Source of the DNA: an uncultured Chitinophagales bacterium
Lineage (GTDB): Bacteria; Bacteroidota; Ignavibacteria; UBA10030; F1-140-MAGs086
Assembly: GCA_964358705.1 (NCBI GenBank)
Contig: CAYHPL010000012.1
Location: forward strand, 39,247-103,246
Reading direction: 5' to 3'
DNA: 64,000 nucleotides
Numbering within the stretch: position 1 is the stretch's first letter; each line of letters begins with the position of its first letter. The notes below the pieces were generated by a model, which did not search any database, had not been told where the DNA came from, and saw nothing but the letters and a program-made list of their open reading frames with translations. Positions 57,661 through 64,000 of this stretch are shown here, piece after piece. Made by a program: the position numbers and the translations under genes.

Positions 57661-59394
57661 CTAATTTTTCATCAATTCCCGCGCGCTGTTCATCGCTGCT
57701 GCGGTAATTTTTTCGCCACTCAATAGTGTTGCGACTGCTTCAACGCGCTGTTCCTCGGTAAGCGTGCGCACTGATGTAGTTGTTTTCAATTTCGTTTCAG
57801 TTTTTTCTACGACAAAATGCGCATCTGCAAGTCCGGCAATTTGCGGTAAATGTGTTATTGCAATTACCTGATGATGGTGCGAAAGTTGTTGCAAACTCTT
57901 TCCGACTGCTTGCGCGACACGTCCGCTTACACCAATATCAATCTCGTCAAAAATTAAAACCGGTGTCGTATCAATCTTTGCAAGCGATGATTTCAGTGAT
58001 AGCATAATGCGCGAAATTTCTCCACCGGATGCAACATCAATCAATGGTTTCGGCTCTTCACCTTTATTGGTGGAAACAAAAAATTCGATTTCGTCATAGC
58101 CGTGCGGAAATAATTCAACACGTTTTTTCCCAACATTCGCATATAATTCTTGTAAAGAATTGCCGCGACGATTCATTACGCTTTCAATTTCCTTTTGAAA
58201 GAGAGTTGTTTCGAAAACGCCGTTTACAATTCCCAATTCTTTCAATGATGTTTCAATGGCTTTATTTAATTTTTTTGCAGAAAATATTCTCTTTTCGGAA
58301 TTCTGTTTCGCAAGTTTTTCACATTCGTTTCTTCTTTTTTCGAACTCCACTGAAAGTTTTTGAATTTCTGTTTCAAAATTTTCTACAAGTGCGATTTCTT
58401 TTTCGAGTTCCACTTTTTTGCGCAGTACAGTTTCAAGTGTGCCGCCGAATTTTTTCTTCACAAGAGAAATTTCTCCTGCACGTATCCGCAACGCATCAAT
58501 TTTCTTTTCATCAAATTCAAGCGTGCTGCGATAGCGTTGAATGGAGTTTGCGCTTTCGTTCACGCTTGCTGATGCAGAGATAATCTCTTTTGCAATTTCG
58601 AAAAACGATTCATCGAGTTGTAAAAGTTCATCGAGTTTTTTTTGCACAAGTTTGAGTTGCACAGCAATTGCATTCTCGTTATCGTAGAGCATTTCATACA
58701 GTGATGTTGTCAATTCAAAAATCTTTTCGCCGTTTTGTAGTCGATGGATTTCCTTTTCCAATATTTCATCTTCACCGGATTGCGGGTTCACTTTTTCAAT
58801 TTCTGTCAATTGAAATTGAAACAGCGACAGTTTTTCTTTCAATTGCGTCTCACGCTCTTCCAGTATTTTTTTCTCGTGTAAAATTTTTCTTGCAGAATAA
58901 AATACTTCAGAATAGCGCTGTAATTCATTTTCTATGCCGGCAAACAGGTCAAGATATTCGCGATGCTTTTCTTTATGCAAGAGGGACTGATGTTCGTGTT
59001 GTCCGTGCAAATCCACAAGTTCATCACCAATCGCTTTGAGCGCGGAAACTGATACCTGCGCATCGTTCATAAAGCATCTGCTTGTTCCTTTGTTTGAAAT
59101 TTCCCGTCGCAATAAAATTTCAGGGGAAAACTCCAGTTCATTCTGTTCAAAAAAAGATTTGAGATGCGCGATGTGCGATGTGTGTAAATGAAATTGGGCT
59201 TCGATAATTGCTTTCTCACTGCCGCGGCGAATAATTTCGGAATTTGCCCGCTCGCCGATTGCCAGACTCAACGCATCAATGAGAATTGATTTTCCTGCGC
59301 CGGTTTCGCCGGTAATAATATTCAACCCCGACCGAAACTCAATAGTGAGTTCTTCAATCAGCGCAAAGTTTTTTATGTAGAGAGTTGTGAGCAA
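57661..59394 (-). CDS. recN: DNA repair protein RecN
   Basis: N-terminal MLTTLYIKNFALIEELTIEF...ITGETGAGKSILIDAL Walker A. Coiled-coil middle. 577 aa. Confidence 0.9.
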   Translation of the reverse strand: MLTTLYIKNFALIEELTIEFRSGLNIITGETGAGKSILIDALSLAIGERANSEIIRRGSEKAIIEAQFHLHTSHIAHLKSFFEQNELEFSPEILLRREISNKGTSRCFMNDAQVSVSALKAIGDELVDLHGQHEHQSLLHKEKHREYLDLFAGIENELQRYSEVFYSARKILHEKKILEERETQLKEKLSLFQFQLTEIEKVNPQSGEDEILEKEIHRLQNGEKIFELTTSLYEMLYDNENAIAVQLKLVQKKLDELLQLDESFFEIAKEIISASASVNESANSIQRYRSTLEFDEKKIDALRIRAGEISLVKKKFGGTLETVLRKKVELEKEIALVENFETEIQKLSVEFEKRRNECEKLAKQNSEKRIFSAKKLNKAIETSLKELGIVNGVFETTLFQKEIESVMNRRGNSLQELYANVGKKRVELFPHGYDEIEFFVSTNKGEEPKPLIDVASGGEISRIMLSLKSSLAKIDTTPVLIFDEIDIGVSGRVAQAVGKSLQQLSHHHQVIAITHLPQIAGLADAHFVVEKTETKLKTTTSVRTLTEEQRVEAVATLLSGEKITAAAMNSARELMKN

Positions 59395-59451
59395 TAGTTA
59401 TGTTTTTAGAAAATTGCGGCGTGAATTTACTGAATTTCCTGAAGAGCAGAA

Positions 59452-59488
59452 ATAAAAAACGGCGTTCCCTTTTTTCTGAAACGCCGTC
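59452..59488 (-). terminator. Rho-independent terminator (minus strand) after the amidohydrolase gene
   Basis: acggcgtt (59459-59466) pairs with aacgccgt (59480-59487). On the minus strand the hairpin is followed by TTTTTTAT. Confidence 0.6.
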
Positions 59489-59577
59489 TTAATCATTTGT
59501 CTTTCCGTGCTTGACACGGAATCTATTTTTTTAAACGGAAAAAGATTCCCGCTTTTGCGGGAATGACAAGTTCCTTG

Positions 59578-60906
59578 TTACTCTTTGCCGTATTTCATTT
59601 TATATTTTTCGTACAGTTGTGTGTGGCGGCTGGAAAGGTCAATTTTTTTTCCTTCGATAAATTCCATTTCCACATTTGTGCGAATGTCGAGTATATCGCC
59701 ATTGGTTATTATGAGCGTTGCATCTTTTCCAACTTCCAACGAGCCCATTCTATCAGCAACGCCAAAAATTTGCGCGGGATACAATGTAATTGCTTTTAAT
59801 CCTTCTTCATACGGAAGTCCGTGCGCGACAGCAGTTGCGGCTTGGTAGGGAAGATTTCTATAATTGCCGTCGCCGCCTTCATCAGCAGTGATGCAATACT
59901 GAATTCCTGCATCGTGTAATTTTTTGGGAAGAAGAAATGGCTCGTCGTATGCGTCATCATTTTTTTCTGGCAATCGGTGTATTGAAGCGGCAAGCACAGG
60001 AATATTTTTCTTCTTCAATAATTCCGTTACGCGCCACGCATCATTTCCGTTGCCAATAATAATTTTGATATCCATTTCTTCTGCCCACGCAACAGCGGCT
60101 TCAATCTGGAGCATATCACTTGCCCACACAAGTACGGGAGCTTTTTTCTCCAGAAAAGGAATCATTGCTTCCCAGCGTGAATCATTATTGTGATACGGTG
60201 TTCCGCTTTTTACTTCACTCTGTTTTGCTTTCCAATATGCTTTTGCGTCATTGAAAGCATCGCGTAATTCGTTCAATGATTTATCGCGGTCTTTTTTCTG
60301 CTCTTCTTCGCTGCGCTGTTCAAACCGTGAAGTGCTTAAACGCATCGAAGGAAAATTTACTATCAAAGCCGCTCGCGATTTCACTGTCATATCTTCGTAC
60401 GTCCAGCCATCAAGATTTATTATTGCTCCAGTACCGGAAATAATTCCTCCTTGCGGTGCGGTGAAAGCAGTGGTAATTCCGTTTACTCGCGTAACAGGAA
60501 TCAATTCACTTTCGGGATTTACTGCAACTTCCGCGCGGACGTTGGGATTTATGCGTCCTGTTTCGCTCATATCTCTTGTTGCACGCACTGCACCAATTTC
60601 ATTTAAACCAAGCGTCGTTGATGCGCTGAATAATCCGGGATAAATATGTTTGCCTTTGCAATCAATGCGCTCGTATCCGGACGGCAATGGAAATCCTTTG
60701 CTGACGGTTTCTATTCTTCCTTCTTTAAAAGTGAGAATTCCATTTTCAATTGTTTCGCCGCTTACGGTATGAATTGTTGCTCCGATTAACGCAATAGGGC
60801 GCGATTGTTTTTTTGCGGGAACAGGTCGTTTTACGGCGATTGAATCATTGGGAATTGTTACGTTGAAGCAACACATGAACAAAAAGCAGAACAGGATTTT
60901 TTTCAT
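59578..60906 (-). CDS. Amidohydrolase family protein, secreted
   Basis: Signal peptide. 442 aa metal-dependent hydrolase fold (…HIYPGLF… …LKKKNIPVLAASIH…). Confidence 0.65.
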   Translation of the reverse strand: MKKILFCFLFMCCFNVTIPNDSIAVKRPVPAKKQSRPIALIGATIHTVSGETIENGILTFKEGRIETVSKGFPLPSGYERIDCKGKHIYPGLFSASTTLGLNEIGAVRATRDMSETGRINPNVRAEVAVNPESELIPVTRVNGITTAFTAPQGGIISGTGAIINLDGWTYEDMTVKSRAALIVNFPSMRLSTSRFEQRSEEEQKKDRDKSLNELRDAFNDAKAYWKAKQSEVKSGTPYHNNDSRWEAMIPFLEKKAPVLVWASDMLQIEAAVAWAEEMDIKIIIGNGNDAWRVTELLKKKNIPVLAASIHRLPEKNDDAYDEPFLLPKKLHDAGIQYCITADEGGDGNYRNLPYQAATAVAHGLPYEEGLKAITLYPAQIFGVADRMGSLEVGKDATLIITNGDILDIRTNVEMEFIEGKKIDLSSRHTQLYEKYKMKYGKE

Positions 60907-60951
60907 AACATTAAATAAACAAAGTTGAAATAAGTGAGTACGGTTAAAAAA

Positions 60952-63432
60952 TTATTTGAGCACAACCATTTTTTTTGTTGCAACAAAAGTTCCGGCAGTA
61001 AGTTTGTAAAAATACATTCCGCTTGAAAATTTTGCAGCGTCAAATTCAATACGGTAATTGCCGGCTTCTTTCTTTTCATTATTTAAAAGCGTTGCCACAT
61101 CTCTTCCGAGAATATCGTAAATTTTTAAAGTTACAAATGACGAATTACTAATGATAAATGACAATGTGGTTTGCGGATTGAACGGATTGGGATAATTTTG
61201 TTCCAATGAAAATGCAGCCGGTACAGCAGAAATATTTTGTTCCACGTTTGAAGGTGTTCCAAAATAATTGATGATGCGCTGCATAACGCTTTTGCGGCTT
61301 TGCAACTGACTGATAGATTCAAATCCGAATCCGAAAATCAAAACTTTACTGCGATGATTCGCGCCAATACTATCAATACGCACAGCAGCAATTCCATTAT
61401 TTCCGGTTGAACCGTAGCCAATAACCGGAATTGCATTGGGATTTGCAATAGCAAGCACGTCTCGCGAATATTGATTATTTGCTCCCGCGCCAAGTGTTGT
61501 AAATTGAATATTGCCAAATACTCCTCCTGCGGGAAGCGATTTGCATTGCGCGAGTGTTGTATTTGAATCAAACACTACGCCAAACGAATCTGCGAAGAGC
61601 GGAGAAGTAGAATTTTGCTCAATAATATTTTGTCCGGTAAAAAAAATATTTCCACCTGCATTAATGTACGATGTCAGACTGTCAATTTCCTCAGAAGAAA
61701 AAGGGGAATTTTTTGTGCCATCGGAATAAATTATCAGATTTCTTTTTACAAGATTTCCCTGCGAATAAGGAGGAAGCCCGCGCGTAGGTGTGTTCCATCG
61801 GAATGTTGAAATTCCTAAATCATTCAATGGCAATTCGAAATAAGAAAAATAGTTATTTGTATCAGCATTGACGAGAAGTACATCTGCGGGAGAAAGATGT
61901 ACTTGAAACGGCGTAAGAGTTGTATCAATATAAATGTTTGAGAAAATTCTATTGCCGAACGGATAGTCAGAAGAAATAATTTCGAGTTTTGAATATTGTA
62001 TAATTGGTTCATAAGAAATATACAGTGAATCAAAAAATATGTTTCCGTTTTCATCTGCTGAATCGCTGATAATGTGCGTGCCAATGCTTGTTGCAATAGT
62101 CAAACGCGCTTCACTAAACGGATGCGTGCTTGTTCCGGAATCACTAATGGTAATATGAAATTGTGTTTGAGGAAGTTTGTCAAGAAAAACATCTTCTATT
62201 ATAGTGGTATTCGGTGTGTAGGTAAATTGGATTTCCTTTGTGTAATACGGATACGATTGTATTTTTGCAAACGGTGTAATCATAGAATCGCCTTTCATTC
62301 TGCTGAAGGTGTACATTCCTTTTGTAATTGCAAGATTTTCAATTTCTCCGGTAGAAAGATTTGTTACGGTACCGTTTTTTATTGTATCAAGCGTAACTGC
62401 ATCGCGGATAACACAAATAATATTCGTTCGCGATTGTTGCAATGAAAAAATCCCGCTCGTATCCGATGAACCCGCAACCCACACAACATTTGAATCTGCG
62501 GGGTGAACTTTAATGCTCCATAAATCTTCATCTGTTAATCCGCGATGAATCGGAGACCAGTTATCGCCACCGTCCGTTGTCCGATATACGGTGCTGAATG
62601 TTTCCGAAAAAGAACCGGCATACAAAACGGAAGGGTTTTGCTTATCAATATCAAGCGACCAGATGTTTATTCCCTGCAACGATGTAAGAAACCAATGCTC
62701 TCCGCCATCTGTTGTTTTCCATACTCCGATTGTATTTGCAGTTCCTGCATACGCTGCAGCATACGCAATTAATGGATTGTTGTTATCAATTACAATACGT
62801 GGAATTTCAAGTGAGCCAGATGGCTTTACTTCGTACCACGATACGCCTTCGTCAGTGGATTTTGCAATTCTTCCGCTTCCTGCGCCTGCGTATAAAATAT
62901 TTCCGCTGTCAGGACGAATTGCCAGTGCGCAAAGTGCGCTTCCAGCATCACCCTGATACTGCCACGTCGCCCCGCGGTCAGAGGAACGATAGACACTCGC
63001 GTCATTAAAATTTCCTGCGTACATTGTATCAGGATGTTGCGGGTCGTATGAAAATGCCTCGCCATCAATTCCGTAATCTTCAAGGACAATGCTCCAGACA
63101 TTTCCGTTATCGGTTGTTCTTAAAAGCCCGCCGGAAAACGATGCACAGAACAATGTATTGGTGTCGGATGGATGAACGAGAATTTCACGAATGAAATTGA
63201 TATCCGGCGTACTGTGCGGTTGCCACGTTTGCCCGGAATTATACGAAACATTTATTGTTCCCCCTGAAATTTCTGCATAAACAGTAGAGGGATTCAGCGG
63301 ATTGACAGCAACAGTAAATCCTACCGCAGACGTTTTCTTTTTCCAAAAATACACTTGTGATGTAAGTTGTTCTGTCAGAAAAAGGAACGACAGCGAGAGC
63401 AATATTAATTTAATACGATAAGCGGTGTACAC
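60952..63432 (-). CDS. T9SS C-terminal-sorted BNR/Asp-box repeat protein (sortilin/Ycf48-like beta-propeller)
   Basis: Six Asp-boxes (SYNSGQTW, TTDNGNVW, SSDRGATW, STDEGVSW, TTDGGEHW, TTDGGDNW). C-terminal LEQNYPNPFNPQTTLSF T9SS CTD. Confidence 0.8.
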   Translation of the reverse strand: MYTAYRIKLILLSLSFLFLTEQLTSQVYFWKKKTSAVGFTVAVNPLNPSTVYAEISGGTINVSYNSGQTWQPHSTPDINFIREILVHPSDTNTLFCASFSGGLLRTTDNGNVWSIVLEDYGIDGEAFSYDPQHPDTMYAGNFNDASVYRSSDRGATWQYQGDAGSALCALAIRPDSGNILYAGAGSGRIAKSTDEGVSWYEVKPSGSLEIPRIVIDNNNPLIAYAAAYAGTANTIGVWKTTDGGEHWFLTSLQGINIWSLDIDKQNPSVLYAGSFSETFSTVYRTTDGGDNWSPIHRGLTDEDLWSIKVHPADSNVVWVAGSSDTSGIFSLQQSRTNIICVIRDAVTLDTIKNGTVTNLSTGEIENLAITKGMYTFSRMKGDSMITPFAKIQSYPYYTKEIQFTYTPNTTIIEDVFLDKLPQTQFHITISDSGTSTHPFSEARLTIATSIGTHIISDSADENGNIFFDSLYISYEPIIQYSKLEIISSDYPFGNRIFSNIYIDTTLTPFQVHLSPADVLLVNADTNNYFSYFELPLNDLGISTFRWNTPTRGLPPYSQGNLVKRNLIIYSDGTKNSPFSSEEIDSLTSYINAGGNIFFTGQNIIEQNSTSPLFADSFGVVFDSNTTLAQCKSLPAGGVFGNIQFTTLGAGANNQYSRDVLAIANPNAIPVIGYGSTGNNGIAAVRIDSIGANHRSKVLIFGFGFESISQLQSRKSVMQRIINYFGTPSNVEQNISAVPAAFSLEQNYPNPFNPQTTLSFIISNSSFVTLKIYDILGRDVATLLNNEKKEAGNYRIEFDAAKFSSGMYFYKLTAGTFVATKKMVVLK

Positions 63433-63574
63433 AGTTTAGTGGGGGAGTTCTTACAATATTTCGTGAAACGGCATGCGAATATAATGAGAATTTACCGTTA
63501 ATAAAACAGGACAGTATCTATCTCTAAAACCAAAATAGTTATGACTTAATTGAAACAAAACAGTTTCTCGGTAA

Positions 63575-64000
63575 TTACTTTAAAATTGCAACAACTTCCT
63601 GCTGACGCGGTTCGCCCGGAACGATGACTTCGTAATTTTTTGAAACGTACACATTCAATTCGCTGCGAATACCAAAATCGCCCATAAAATAAATTCCTGG
63701 TTCAATAGAGAATGAAGTTTCAGGAATAATTGTTCGTTCATCGCGTGTTTCAAGATTATCCATATTTGCTCCGCTGCCATGCAAATCTTCCGTAATGGAA
63801 TGACCAGTACGGTGAATGAAAAATTCTCCGTATCCGTGTTGTTCAATATGCTTTCTGGCAACATCATCAACATCGCAGCCGCGCACCATTTTTTTTGCAG
63901 CGAATGATTGTTTCAAAAAATCAACAGCAGCATCGCGAGCATCTCGTACAATGGTAAAAATTTTCGTGTATTTTTCCGGAACTTCTTTTCCTAAAAATCC
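63575..64000 (-). CDS. M24 family metallopeptidase (Xaa-Pro aminopeptidase/dipeptidase), C-terminal part. The gene starts beyond the window end.
   Basis: FIHRTGHSITEDLHG and EPGIYF metal-ligand motifs of the pita-bread fold. Frame stays open to position 64000. Confidence 0.75.
   Translation of the reverse strand, partial: GFLGKEVPEKYTKIFTIVRDARDAAVDFLKQSFAAKKMVRGCDVDDVARKHIEQHGYGEFFIHRTGHSITEDLHGSGANMDNLETRDERTIIPETSFSIEPGIYFMGDFGIRSELNVYVSKNYEVIVPGEPRQQEVVAILK

Noticed and set aside
59500-59570. Additional hairpins tccgtg...cacgga and ttcccgc-tttt-gcgggaa near the recN/amidohydrolase intergenic region, considered as a separate ncRNA
   Set aside because: They sit in a convergent/terminator context with flanking T-tracts on the minus strand. 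They are most simply redundant terminators for the amidohydrolase gene.
1-64000. Search for CRISPR arrays, tRNA, rRNA, tmRNA, RNase P and SRP RNA
   Set aside because: No regularly spaced 25-40 bp direct repeats with unique spacers were seen. No GGTTCGAATCC-type tRNA T-arm signatures in intergenic regions. The only long non-coding stretches (43271-43953, 46230-46646) lack conserved ncRNA motifs I can recognise by eye.

Overview
This 64 kb window looks like chromosomal DNA from an FCB-group bacterium (Bacteroidota/Ignavibacteriota-like). Four predicted proteins end in the type IX secretion (T9SS) C-terminal sorting motif NYPNPFNP, and the sequence is AT-rich by eye. No rRNA, tRNA or CRISPR array was found. 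Most of the window is housekeeping and envelope genes (see the feature list), among them an intact five-gene MacAB-TolC-type tripartite efflux operon, a hybrid PAS/GAF histidine kinase with two receiver domains, and a TonB-dependent receptor. Six points stand out.

- (1) An ~10.6 kb co-directional minus-strand operon carries a complete eboA-F cluster (EboA, TatD-like EboB, UbiA prenyltransferase EboC, DHQ-synthase-like EboD, TIM-barrel EboE, phosphodiesterase EboF). It is preceded by pepD and followed by a BNR protein, an NTF2-like lipoprotein with a C-terminal heavy-metal-binding CxxC motif, and a DUF2461 protein.
- (2) A solitary MmeI-like Type IIL/IIG restriction-modification gene is split by a frameshift at an A7/T7 homopolymer.
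- (3) An AT-rich island between pepD and a T9SS gene holds a DNA methyltransferase with an N-terminal HEAT-repeat domain fused to a beta-class SPPY amino-methyltransferase, overlapped by a PD-(D/E)xK-like gene. It sits behind a 680 bp structured leader containing a perfect 28 bp palindrome, alternating TTGACTTCG repeats and 24 bp-periodic GGGAGAA repeats. This is the best candidate here for an undescribed variant system.
- (4) A solitary ABC-ATPase/Toprim-like (OLD/PARIS-like) gene is wedged between cysS and ptrB.
- (5) A PqqD-like small protein sits beside an OPT transporter.
- (6) A T9SS protein carries a ~70-residue poly-Asp tract encoded by a GAY trinucleotide run.

All calls are from reading motifs by eye. 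No database search was run.
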